Shown here: piece after piece, positions 26,775 through 39,590 of the stretch | How the letters are laid out: every line of letters begins with the position of its first letter | Position numbering within the stretch: the stretch's first letter is position 1 | Source of the DNA: Hydrolagus colliei | Taxonomy: Eukaryota | Direction of reading: 5' to 3' | NCBI GenBank assembly: GCA_035084275.1 | Contig: CM068751.1 | Coordinates: forward strand, 2,108,001 to 2,172,000 | Length of the DNA stretch: 64,000 nucleotides | Made by a program: the position numbers and the translations under genes | Notes under the pieces: model-generated | Databases searched by the model: none | Seen by the model: the letters and a program-made list of their open reading frames with translations, nothing else | Told to the model about the DNA's origin: nothing

Positions 26775-27549
26775 TCTAAGTTGAAGTCCTCCTGACGTGA
26801 AAGGCACTCTAGAAATGTAATTTTGTTGTTGTTCATGTATTATCAACAACTGACAAGCTACAGTTTCTTTTCAGGTACATTTTACTTAGTTCTCCCCATC
26901 AGTCAGGTTAGGAGGAAACGTGCTGTCATTTTTATTTAGCTATTAGGATCTTGTTATCTGAGATTTTTGTGTAATACCTACTCAATATAAGCTTGCTTTA
27001 AATTGATGTTTCACATTCATCACCAATAATCTCTCAATGGAAAAGCCTGTCCTAATCTGTAGTTCTGAAATCTGAAGGCTGCACGTTGGTTCCTGTTTTC
27101 TTTGGAGATTTTGAGGAGTTCTTTAGTTAAGCCACAAGGCTTTGAATATGTCACGTCCATAATTCTAAATGCGCATGAGTGTGAGTCAACATAAAGGCTT
27201 AAGGATGGAGAGCTGTAAAATCACTGACCAGGTAAACAGGCATTGCCACTGTCCCACATGTTATCTATCTATAAGATTATTGGTGGGGTAGATTATCTGG
27301 GCATGGATAAGCAATGTTCCACCGTAAATCTGCAGCTGAAGAAATTTGTTTCAACATTCCTTTTCAAGGCGTAATTGACAAGATTGGGTACACTGACCAA
27401 GGAACAAGCGTGCCTGCCTGACAACAAGAAAATTAAAGTAAGCAGAGATAGTTGTAAATACAAGTTGCCGGCTGGGTGCAATTGATAATGTTTCTCTGGA
27501 TATGTGAGTGATTGGTGTGGATGATACTGGGCTTGCCTGTAGTTTGTCA

Positions 27550-28115
27550 CCTCAAGGCTCAACTACGGAAACTCCCTTCTTGTCCACCTCCCCAACTCTT
27601 CCCTCCACAAGCTGCAGATCATCCAAAACTCTGTAGCTCGTGCCCTGTGTCACACCAGGCTCCTTGATCCCATCACCCTCGCCCAATTCAATAGAATTCA
27701 AGATCTTCGTCCCCACTTTCAAGACACTCTACTGCCTTACCCCTCCTACCTCTCTTACCTGCTTACCCCCTATCAATCTGTCCGCTCCTTCTGTTTAGCA
27801 GCCTGCTCCATGTCTTCTGCCGTACCATCGGTGCCTGGGCTTTCAGCCTCTGCCACCACACTTTGGAACTCAATCCCACAATCCCTTCACCTTGGTCCTT
27901 CCCTTGCCTCCTTCAAGCTCTAACTCAAGAACCTCCTATTTAACTATGCTTTAAGCTGCCTCCCACCTATCTGCCCTCCCTCATCCCAACCCTGCCCTAA
28001 CCCCCTCCCCCACGCACCCCAATCATGGTCGGGATCTGACCCCTGACTGTTTGACACCTTGAAACATCTTCCCGACATGAAAGGCACTCTATAAATGTAA
28101 TTTGTTGTAGTAGTT
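27550..28115 (+). mobile_element. L2 LINE 3' fragment (degraded)
   Basis: Homologous to 8735-9375; tail CCCGACATGAAAGGCACTCTATAAATGTAATTTGTTG. Confidence 0.85.
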
Positions 28116-29168
28116 GAATGTGGTGGGGACTAGTGTTGGTGACTATTGGGACACTATTGCGAAAGCATTATGTAGTAGAGAAGCGAACTCCAACATTTCC
28201 TCCATCTCCTCCTCCAGTCTGCAGGAGCAGGGAAAATGTGGAAAAAAATACTAGCTCCTGTAGTTATAAACATATTATCAAAGGTTATTAGGTTTGGTAA
28301 GGCTCGTGTAGCACTTCTTATATGCTACTCTGTAGAAATTGTGGTATAATTAAGGCACTTGTTTTTGAAAAAGTCAATATTTCTAGAATAGCAATTGGTT
28401 ATTTATTGTTGTATTAGTGTCTGATTTTGATAGTACTTGTGTCATTTCTTGCCTATGAAGGCTACAAACCAGAGCTGATTCGATATCCATTGAGGAGAAA
28501 GCAGGGTTACAATTGTGGTATTTAACAAATTATTGTGATCCAGTGTGATCTCGGAGGTTTATCTATCTATAAGTCTGCTGCATGGGGTGGCAATGACCTA
28601 TAACTTCTATACAGAGTTTGAAGCGAACTAGTTCTGCTTTGAACATCCAAGGGTAGAGTGGTTGAATACATTTGTTTAAATCCTCTCGGGGCTCTGAACT
28701 CATTACTATTACATTACTGTGCTAAGCAGCCTGGATAAAGTAATATCCATCAGTTATTACATTGTCAGTCATTGCATCTCCGTAGATTTGTAGCTTAATT
28801 AATAATTGTGTATGTGTGCATGGGTGAGGTGGTGGGGGGGAGCGGAATGGAAGTACAACTTCCTACATTACAATTAACCTAACGGACACGGGCTTTTTTT
28901 TTAAAGAAGAAAACACCTCTCCCATTCCTTCCTGACTGTCCCAAGCAGAGGATGTACCACAGACATTGGTTTACCTCCCCTCAAATTCTGTCTAGTGGCC
29001 ATTCTTTACGTCAGCCTTTTACTTAGCACCAGCAAGCTACACAACTACAGTGAGCATCACGTCTGAGCTTGCTGCATCCTTACACACACAAACACATTCC
29101 AGTAGAAATCAGTGATTATCACCGCCAATATTCTTCACGAAATGAACAGTTGTAGAAGTTCGTGTTAG

Positions 29169-29480
29169 TGGATTCCTGTAGCTCAGTGATTAGAGCACTC
29201 GCCTTACAAATGTGAGACCTGTGTTTCGAATCCAGGCAGGTCATGGCGAAACCTTGGGCAAGTTTCCTTACTCCATACGCCTAATAATAATCTGTCCCCA
29301 AAAAAACTATAATAAATTGTTCATTTCAATCCAGGACTGTTTGTGGGACTCTGCTGTGCGCAATTGGCTGCCGCATTTCACCCACAAATATACAGTCAAT
29401 TCACTTTACAGTCTATTCTGTGAAGTGCTTTGAGAGTCTAGAAGATGTGAGAAGCGCTATATCGAAATGCAAGGATTATA
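29169..29480 (+). mobile_element. tRNA-derived SINE, full length
   Basis: TAGCTCAGTGATTAGAGC / GTTTCGAATCC head; body GTGGGACTCTGCTGTGCGCAATTGGCTGCCGC; tail AAATGCAAGGATTAT. Confidence 0.88.
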
Positions 29481-30477
29481 TAAGATCTTTTCTGTTTTAA
29501 ACACAACTGCTTAATCGTAAGCCCTACCACCTTCATATCAGGGAAGAAAGGTAGACTTTTATGGTGCTCTGTTTGCTTATGTACAGATTTCTTCTAGTTA
29601 ACATGTATTTGGTCACAATGGAGCTCTGTTAATGTGATTCGCTACATCTCCACCACAACTATTCTAATGCCTTCCTCACTGGTCTCCCCAGCTCCCCAAT
29701 CCACAAAATCTAACTAATTTGCAACTCTGAGGCCCTTTTCCTCACCCACTGTAAAGTCCATACTCCATCACGTCAGTCCTTGCCAGGCTCCACTGGTTCC
29801 CTGAAATCAGCCGCTCAGCACAGACAAGGATTTAAATGGTTTAGTGCTTCATCCAAGGGCCATCAGTAGAGTACACTTAATATGAAGATTATATTCTTGT
29901 TGCAAACTGGAAGTGAAAGGCAGATTACTTTAGTGGCTCATTTTATCGAGGATGTTCCACTAACTGAGTCAGTGGTTGGTACAAGAGATTACAATCCTTC
30001 TCTGAAGGCAAGAAATAGGATATTGATTTATTTTGCCCTCTGCGTAATGGGGAGTCTTTAAGTTATCAAGTGCACAATTTTCTTCTTCAAATCTTGTCAG
30101 GAGGTACTGAACTTAGATTTTCTCAGATCTGCGCTAGCTGGCGCTCAGCCTCTGCTCTCTATCTTTCAGACGCTACTGCCTGCATCTCCCTGCAGTAAGC
30201 AATGAATCTCCCTTTGATCTTGTCTCTCCTCTGCTGACTCTCGATCAATGTCAGTCAATCATGTTCGTTTTTGTGTTGCAGATTCTATGTTCCAGCCAGC
30301 AATCTGAATTGCTTGCCTTGTAGGCAGCACATCCTGTTCTGCTTCCTCCCTGGGGCGAACAATGCCCCCAAGAGCTGATCAGACTCTTCCTGTTCATCGA
30401 CCCTTTTGCCTTCTGTGAATCCGCTCGTTCTTTTTCCAGCTTCCGCAAAGGTGTGAATCGTCAGAAAGTGAAAATAA

Positions 30478-31395
30478 TACAAATAATAATCCTTGCATTT
30501 GATTTTGCACTTGATCACGTCTTTGAGAGCTCTCAAAAAGCGTGTCTCAGAATATACTGTGCACTGCAGTATTGTATTGTATGACTGTACATTTTATTTT
30601 ATTGGCGAAACACAACAAAATTACTTGTGTAGAGCGCCGGTTCCTCCATTCACAGGCTGCGGGCCATCCAAAACTCTGCAGCCCGTGTACTATCCCGCAC
30701 CCGCCTCCGCGACCACATAACCCCCACCCTCGCCCGTCTCCATTGCCTCCCCATCCTCCAGAGGATCGAGTTCAAGATCCTCAACCTCACCTACAAGGCC
30801 TTACACGGCCTTGCCCCACCCTATTTAACCGATCTACTCTCCCCCTACACACCCACCCGGACCCTCCGTTCAATAGGACTTGGCCTGCTCCAAGCCCCCC
30901 GCCCAAACCGCCCCACCATCGGAGGCCGGGCCTTCAGTTTCTCCGCTCCCACCCTATGGAATGCCATCCCTCAATCCCTCCGTTTCGTTTCTTCCCTTTC
31001 CTCTTTCAAGGCCGGTTTGAAGACTTTCCTCTTCGATCGTGCCTTTTGTTCCACCCCGAACTCTTTTACCTCCCCTTCGTGTTTCACCCCTTCCCAAACA
31101 CTCCCCTCCCAGCTCGGGTCACACGCCTCCTGTGCAGCGCCTTGGGACGTCCTCCCGACGTGAAAGGCGCTCTATAAATGTAATTTGTTGTTGTTGTTGT
31201 TCAGGTCGGAAACACACCAGCCACTGTTTGTGGGACATTGTGCATTGCAATGTCCCACAAACAGCTATGGATTGAAGTGATCAATGAATCGACTAACAAC
31301 TGGGTTGCAACTTACTGTGAGGTAAACAGAGGCGTATGGAATAAGGAAATTCAGCCAACATTTGCCCTGTTGGGTATAGAACCCAGATCACTCCC
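30478..31395 (-). mobile_element. SINE (long variant) split by an L2 insertion
   Basis: SINE 3' part at 30478-30611 and 5' part at about 31208-31395 flank the L2. Confidence 0.65.
30655..31201 (+). mobile_element. L2 LINE 3' fragment, CpG-rich (young)
   Basis: IQNSAARVL...RIEFKIL motifs; clean tail GCGCCTTGGGACGTCCTCCCGACGTGAAAGGCGCTCTATAAATGTAAT(TTG)n. Confidence 0.9.
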
Positions 31396-32829
31396 TGCGT
31401 GACTTTTTTCAATATTATTCTTTATTCTGAACAGAATTTTACAAGATTCACAGGCATTCTTGCCTTGTCGAGCATCGCAATTCATAATACAGTATTTGAT
31501 ACAATGTAGATTATCTTAGACACAACAGTAAATCCTCTGAAGCAGCCACCCTCCTCCTTTGTTACCAGCGCTCAGTTTGAATAAAAAATACTTTGCTTTG
31601 GAAATAATGCAAAAGACAGAAAAAAAGTTGCCGCAGCATTGAATTGTGCTTTGATGCTATTAGCTTTTTTCGAGAGAGACTTTGAAACAAAGGAAAGGTT
31701 TCGGAATGAGACCAAAAAAAAATTTGGTTCGACTGAAAAATCTTGAACTGTTGACAACAGCTTACCAAATGTTTCACAACAGTTCAAAAATGTGTATATC
31801 TTTTTAGTTTTCCGCTGCACAAATATTTTGTTTTCCAATTTCCCTTTATTTACCCCTGCTCCTCCTCTGAAGACAACATGTCTTATTGGTTTGGCACCAT
31901 GCGTATCGGGGGCAATTAGCACCTCAATATGCTGCAAATCACTGTTCATGTGACAGCGAGGAATAATTTCTCTCGGGAACTCTCAAACGCCCAGTATCAC
32001 AAAGTGCTGTGGGTCTGTGGCTCTGGTTCCCACCGGGTGAGTTCCCAATTCTTATCATGTTTCTCTGATAATTTGCCAAGTGGACAGCATGACACGAAGA
32101 GCACCAGCCTAATGAACCAATAGTTTAAATGAAGCTGCATTTTTCAGTCTTTCGAAGTCTTTCACTCGCTCTGGTCCTGGAAACATTCACTCTGTTTCTT
32201 CAACTGGGTACTGTACCAAGAAAAAGATTGGAATCTGTGACAGATTTGAGTTTCAGTGACATTGCACATCCCAGCCAAATAGGGAAGCCAACAAAAATGA
32301 GTATAAGGATACTGTATTATGAGTGTCAATGCCTGGTTTCACAATATACATTTGAACAGTTGAATAGCCTCCCCAAATCTTTTGGGCTGAAGCTTTCTCC
32401 TGCCAGATCCATCGCCTGTAGCATTAGAGGGTATCCACAAGGGAGTACATAGATCTCCAACGACAAGTGATTTCTCTTGCATGTGAGTTTTTGTTAGTCC
32501 ATTAGGGCTGGAGATTGTTTTTCTATTAACTCATCCTCATTCATCATTGTCTCGTTCTTTCAGCTATTGTACGTTATGATTGTAGTTTGAAGGTCTATAA
32601 GCCTGCGGTATTTTCCTGTTCGGTGCTGATGCTTGGATTATAATGGAACAGAAATATTTAATTTGTGGCTCCAACATGAAAGATGCTATACAGATGTAAT
32701 TGTGTTGTGGTTTGCAGGACATTACAGCACTCAAAACTGGGTCCATGTATACCCATATTCATTATGTTTCACGGTATATCCCGTGAAATGCCTTGAGATG
32801 CCTACCTGACTTGAAATGTAAGGATTATT

Positions 32830-34572
32830 ATCACCTCTACCCTGTACTCCACTACCTCCCCATTACCTCTCCCCCAGGATCCACACTCCTCCCAACCCCC
32901 ACTACACACCTTCGACCCTAACTCGGCCCTCCACTCTCTCTGCTCTCATCCAAAAAATTAAACCCACCACTGCTTCCTTGACCCCATCTCCACCTCTCTC
33001 TTCATCCTCCAGCTTCATCTCCTAGCCCCACTCCTAACTGATGTTATCAACCTCTGCCTATCCACCAGCAGTGACCCCACCCCTCTAAAATCTGCTGTCA
33101 TCAGCAGTATCTTGAAAATAACTATCTTGAAAATACCTTCACTGGACCCATCCCTCCTCTCCATCTCCAGCATCCCAATCCTCTCCAAGGCCCTGGAACA
33201 AGACGGTGCTTCCCAGCTCCGCTCCTTTCTCTCTCGCCACTCCTTCCTCGAACCTCTTCAATCTGGCTTCCGTGCTGCCCACAGTACGGAGACAGCCCTA
33301 ATCAAAGTCTCTAATGACATTCTAAACATCTGTGATCAGGGCTCTCTCTGCCTCCTTGTCCTCCTTGACCTCTCTGCTGCCTTCGACACTGTCGACCAGT
33401 CCATCCTTCTGCAGCGCCTCTCCTCCCAACTCAATCTACACGGACCTGTCCTCGCCTGGTTCGACTTTTAACATTCTCAAAGTCTCCACGTTGTCGCTAT
33501 CAACAGGTTCTCTTCCAGCCCCCGCACTGTCACCTGTGGCGTCTCTCAGGGCTCTGTCCTTGGCCCCCTACTTTTCAACATCCACATGCTCCCACTTGGT
33601 GACATCATCCGCAGACATGGGGTTAACTTCCACATATATGCGGATGACTCTATCTCTCTGCCTTTACTTTCAACTCCAAGACTACTACTGTCTTGACAGA
33701 CTGTCTGTTAGACATCAAGTCCTGGATGAGAGCTAACTTTCCAGTTGAATGTCAACAAGACAGAGGCCTTACCGATTGGCTCATGCCTGCGCCTTCACAC
33801 ACCAGGCCTAGGCAGCATCAACCTCCATGGTTGCTCACTCGACCTCACCAAGCCAGTCAAGAACCAAGGTGTCTTGTTCGATCCTCAACTGTCTTTCCTC
33901 CCCCACATCCAAGTCATGACCTGCTCTGCCTTCGCTCACCTCCACAACATTGCCCAACTCTGCCATTACCTTACCCCCAAGGCAGCTGAAACCCTCATTC
34001 ATGCCTATTACGGATGTAATAGGCATAGTCAATGTGCCTTGACTATGTAAACGCCTGGCTTGTCGGCCTTCCCAATTCTTTCCTCCACGGGTTGCAGATA
34101 ATCCAGAACTCTGCAGCCCATGTCCTGCACCGCTCCAAGCTTCATGATCCCATCTCTCCCATCCTCGCCCGACTCCATTGGCTCCTCTTCATCCAAAGGA
34201 TCCAATTCAAGATCCTGGTCTTCACATTCAAAGCCCTCCATGGCTTCGCCATCCGCAATCTCCTAAGCCCTTACCAACTTGCCCGCCACCTCCACTCAAC
34301 AGGCTCCAGCCTACCACATGTCTCTCGACCCACCCGCCCCACCATTGGTGGGTGAGCCCTTAGTCACTCTTCCCCCAACCTCTGGAAAACCATCCCGCAG
34401 TTCCTCCGCCTTCTCCCCTTCCTGGCCTCCTTCAAGTCCCACCTCACGACCCAGCTCCTCGACGGTCCCATCATCACTCCAAATCCTCCCCTTTCCCTCC
34501 ACCTTCCCTGCCCCAGCTTGGGTCTGAAACAATGAAACAAAGGTGCTATACAAGTATAATTTGTTGTTGTAT
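32830..34572 (+). mobile_element. L2 LINE, about 1.7 kb, disrupted RT
   Basis: QSGFRAAHSTETALIKV, LLDLSAAFDTVD, FHIYADD; same family as 5323-7085. Confidence 0.92.
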
Positions 34573-34733
34573 TATTAGTATTATTAATATTTGAAATTTT
34601 GAGTATATTTTAACAGGATGATTTCTCCTGACTGTGATCCATGTACCAATGTAGCATTCTTCCTCGGGACTCCCAAGTACAGGTAATATAATTTGGGGGG
34701 ATCTGGTTAAGAGAATTTACGCAATCTATCTTC

Positions 34734-36130
34734 GGCAGAAGGATAAACCTGGAAACTACAGGCCAGTCAGTCTAACGTCGGTAGTGGACAAACTTCTGGA
34801 GTCTATAATCAGGGACAAGATAGATCTTTACTTAGAAAGATATAGGCTAATAAAGGACAGCCAGCATGGATTTGTTAAAGGCAAATCTTGCCGTACAAAT
34901 CTGATAGAACTTTTCGATGAGGTAACGGAATGGGTGGACGAGGGTAGCACAGTTGATGTAGTTTACATGGACTTTCAAAAGGCATTTGACAAAGTGCCGC
35001 ATGAGAGGCTTATTAGGAAAGTAGAGGCCCACAGCGTTAAAGGGACAGTGGCAGCGTGGATCCACAACTGGCTGTGAGACAGAAAGCAGAGAGTTGTGGT
35101 GAGCAGCTGTTTTTCAGACTGGAGGGAAGTGAGCAGTGGTATCCCACAGGGATCGGTTTTGGGACCATTGCTCTTTTTAATATATATTAATGATATGGAC
35201 TTGGGTGTAGGGAGTACAGTTTCCAAGTTTGCAGATGATACTGAGTTAGGGAGAATAGTAAATAGTGAGGAGGATAGTAGCCATCTGCAAGCAGATATAG
35301 ATAAAATGGACAGACACATGGCAGATGAAGTTTGATGCAGAGAAGTGTGAGGTGATACATTTTGGGAGAAGAAATGAGGGGAGGCAATATAGGCTAGATA
35401 GTACAATTTTAGGGGATGTGAGGGAACAGAGAGACCTGGGGATTTGTGTTAGTGACTCTTTGAAGGTGGCAGGACAGGTAGACAAAGCCGTTAAGAAGGC
35501 ATATGGGATACTAGGCTTTATAAATAGGGGTATAGAGTACAAAAGTCAGGAAGTGCTGACTAACCTCTCTAAAACTTTGGTTAGGCCTCAGCTGGAATAC
35601 TGTGTTCAATTCTGGTCACCACACTACAGAAAGGATGTTAAGTCATTGGAAAGGGTGCAAAGAAGGTTTACTACAATGGTACCAGGATTGAGGGACTTCA
35701 GTTATGAGGAAAGGCTATTTTGGCTAGGTTTATTCTCTCTAGAACAGAGAAGGTTGAGAGGAGACCTAATAGAGGTTTATAAAATCATGAGGGGATTCGA
35801 CAGGGTGAATAAGGAAAAACTGTTTCCACTGGTGGGCGAATCTGTGACTCGTGGTCACAGATTTAAAATAGTTTTGAAACGAAGCAGAGGGGACCTGAGG
35901 AGAAATGTTTTCACTCAGCAGGTTGTTCGAATCTGGAATGCATTGCCTGAAAAGGTGGTGGAGGCCGATTCAGTAACAGCTTTTAAAAGAGAATTAGATC
36001 TTTATTTAGGGAGAACGGGTTTGTTAAGTTATGGGGAGATAGCTGGGCAGTGGGATTGAGTTGCTCTTTTCAAAGAACTGGCACAGACTAGATGGGCCGA
36101 ATGGCCTCCTTTTCTATAATCGTATGATTT
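34734..36130 (+). mobile_element. CR1 LINE 3' fragment
   Basis: SQHGFVKGKSC, YMDFQKAFDKVPH, PQGSVLGP, KFADDT, RPQLEYCVQFWSP; 3' GGGCCGAATGGCCTCCT. Confidence 0.93.
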
Positions 36131-36942
36131 TAAAAGGACGCTCTAAAACAGACTTAAACTTAAAAGGAAAGTTGAAGAGAAATATGAACTTTTGATGGAA
36201 ATGTGCTGCATATCAGACAATCTGGATTAATGTTCTTTGATGTTAAAGGGCTTGAGGGGCTTGAGTGACATTCTGTATATACAGGTACAGTATTATTATT
36301 ACTGTTATTATTAGTAGTATTATTACAGTTTGCAGGCACAGTTTACTATCCGAATTTTAGGATTGTTGGTGTCAGTAGAGAGGAGCAATAATTTAATCCT
36401 TACATTTGATATAGCATCAAGAGATAATATACACATCAGGAGATAATAGACACCAAAGACGTACATTCATATCAATCTAGGTTTGCCCTGAAAGTATGTT
36501 CTTGGGATTAAAGGAGAGTAATAGTTTTTCTTTGAGGACATCTTGAGGTGAATCTGCAAGGTTAGTGTTTCTGTTGCAAGTGAAGGAGCTCAGTTCACAC
36601 GGTACATATCTTCCAGTAAATAAATAAAATCCAGAAAGGCCAGAAATACAGCTAAACAAATACACAAGTGGTGATTATTGAACCCACCAAGCCCCTGCCC
36701 AGCTCGCATATCGGCTCATGTCAGATCTTTTAGTCCTATTTCCCCATCTATTCCTCATATCCACTTCAAGTTCTTATTTCTAATTATCTATTTTCCTTTT
36801 AAATATGGATTTGCTCATCCCTTTGTAATCTTCTCCAGCAAGGCATTCCTCAATTTCTCAGGTCTCTGTGCGTAGAAATCAACATTCATTATCCATAGCA
36901 GCCTGATCACAGTTTAACACATGCAATAAATACAGTGAACAG

Positions 36943-37290
36943 GCTGTGGCATAGTGTAACGGTTAGCATGCTTACCTTGCAAATGAGAGGACCCGAGTTT
37001 GATTCCCGGCAAAGTGTTAGCTTTGACTATTCCTTAGTGAAGTTTACTCACTCCGCACCCCTCTGTTTACTCAGCAGTAAACAGGAACCCAGTTGTTAGT
37101 CAATTGGCAGATCGCTTTCCGGGGTTAATAGTCCCTCAAAAGAAACAAAAATTGCTCGCTCAATCGACGATTGTTTGCAATTGGCTGACATGTTTCACCC
37201 ACAAAATGAAGTAAATCCACTTTGCAGTATCACCTCCGAAGAGCTGTGAGACATCTCAAAGACACGATAAGGCTCAAACATTTATTATTA
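36943..37290 (+). mobile_element. tRNA-derived SINE, long variant
   Basis: tRNA-like head; extra central segment CTCTGTTTACTCAGCAGTAAACAGGAACCCAGTTGTTAG; family 3' end. Confidence 0.75.
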
Positions 37291-37659
37291 ATACTGGATA
37301 TAGCCACCAGGCTGCAGCATAACACTAACTCAGCCAGGCATTGCCACTCTGTCGAGATCACGATATAACACATGTAATACATGCCTGTGGCCACTGAGTG
37401 GCCACAGGTGTTACACAAACTAAGTGTAACACTAACGCAATCAGATGGCGCTACCCCGTGACTCGCCTGCAATATAACACACCAGAATGTGTTCAAGGCT
37501 TGTGAGAAATAAAAGTCCTTTTTGTCACAAATCATTGCCAAGGACTGTGTGAAAATATCAATACTGGGATACAACAACTTGCATTTAAATAGTGTATGTC
37601 GATAAACAGCTAGAAGGGGAATGATCAATACATGGTATCCTTTCCCAACCATGAGGGAT

Positions 37660-38797
37660 ATAGAATCATAGATTCATAGAATTTTACGGCACAAAAGGAG
37701 GCCATTCGGCCCATCTAGTCTGTGCCGGCTCTTTGAAAAGAGCGATTCAATCCCACTGCCCTGCCCGCTCCCCATAGCCTAATAGACCTGTTCTCCCTAA
37801 ATAAAGATCTAATTCCCTTTTAAAAGTTGTTATCGAATCAGCCTCCACCACCTTTTCAGGCAATGCATTCCAGATTCGAACAACTCGCTGAGTGAAAAAA
37901 TTTCTCCTCAGCTCCCCTCTACTGCGCCTTGAAACTATTTTAAATCTGTGACCACGAGTCACAGATTCACCCACGAGTGGAAATAGTTTTTCTCTATTTG
38001 CCCTGTCGAAACCCCTCATGATCTTATAAACCTCTATTAGGTCTCCCCTCAATCTTCTCTGCTCCAGAGAGAATAACCCTAGCCTATCTAGCCTCTCCTC
38101 ATAGCTGAAGTCCCTCAATCCTGGCACCATCCTAGTAAATCTTCGTTGTACCCTTTCCAATGCCTTCACATCCTTTCTGTAGTGTGGTGACCAGAATTGA
38201 ACACAGTATTCCAGCTGAGGCCTCACCAAAGTCCTATAGAGGTTAGTCAGCACTTCCTGACTTTTGTACTCTATACCCCTATTTATAAAGCCTAGTATCC
38301 CATATGCCTTCTTAACAGCCTTGTCTACCTGTCCTGCCACCTTCAACGAGTCACTAACACAAATCCCCAGGTCTCTCTGTTCCTTCACACCATTTAAAAT
38401 TGTACTATCTAGCCTATATTGCCTCCCTTCATTTCTTCTCCCAAAATGCATCACCTCACACTTCTCTGCATTAAACTTCATCTGCCATGTGTCTGCCCAC
38501 TTTACCAATTTGTCTATATCCTCTTGCAGATGGCTACTATCCTCCTCACTGTTTACTATTCTCCCTAACTTAGTGTCATCTGCAAACTTGGAAACTGTAC
38601 TCCGTACACCCAAGTCCAGATCATTGATGTAGATTACAAACAGCAATGGTCCCAAAACCGATCCCTGTGGCACACCACTGCTCACTTCCCTCCAATCTGA
38701 AAAACAGCCGCTCACTACAACTCTCTGCTTTCTGTCTCGCAGCCAGTTGTGGATCCACGCTGCCACTGTCCCTTTTACGCCATGGGCCTTTAATTTC
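37660..38797 (-). mobile_element. CR1 LINE, young 5'-truncated copy with an uninterrupted RT C-terminal frame
   Basis: About 350 codons without stop within ORF 37747-38967 ([22 protein letters not shown]); (ATAGAATC)-type tail. Confidence 0.95.
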
Positions 38798-39429
38798 CTG
38801 TAAACCTTCACGGTTGGTAATATCGCGGTTGGAAAATGCAGTGGCCCCATGGGAAACATGGGGATAAGGGGAATAGAGAGGTGAGAGAGAGAAGGGGGTT
38901 GGGGGATGGGGGGGTTGGGGGGAAGAAAAGGTGAAATAGAGAGAAGGTGAGTCAGAGAGAGATACACTCAGGCATTGCCACTCTTTGTCGAGATCACGAT
39001 ATAACACATGTAATACACACAGAGAGAGATTTGCAGATCCTGGCAGCCAATGCTCCCAAACTTACTTGCTAGGCTGCGGAGAAGCAACAATAAATTCATG
39101 TTACTGTATTTACCTTAATCCTACGAGAGAAGCGTTATTGCTGGTTGATTATAATACCACAACTAGTACTAGTGCTATACACTAGCTGTTCAAAAATTGA
39201 AACCCGCGGATTTAAATCGCGGATTTCCAAAACGCAAAAAGCGGTTTGCGAGGGTTGTCGCATTTAGCAAACAGACGATGATGAATTTCATGGTTGACGA
39301 GGCCACAGTTGGGATGGGATACCTGTGCTTATTGGCCAGGAAACCTGGAGAAACTCATTTTTTCAAATATTGTCAGGGATTCTTTAACACATTATGATTT
39401 TCTTGTTGTGCAACATCCATTTGAACTGG

Positions 39430-39590
39430 CACACAGAATCTTAGTTCAACATTTCTTATCAAGCATAGCATAACTGATGCTACGTGCAATGCTTCTCCAA
39501 CACCGCACTCTAGTGCCAGTCAAGACCACGTTAATGATCTTGATGGATCCCACAATTTCCTGACCTCAGGGATGTGGCTGCTGTAAACCG
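39430..39590 (-). mobile_element. Old DeuSINE-like relic
   Basis: Resembles the Deu domain (..caatgcttctccaacaccgcactctagtgccagtc..); recognised from memory. Confidence 0.4.

Noticed and set aside
37747-38967. 406-aa ORF as a host gene or novel reverse transcriptase system
   Set aside because: It is a 5'-truncated CR1 ORF2; the first ~55 residues are chance read-through from low-complexity flank
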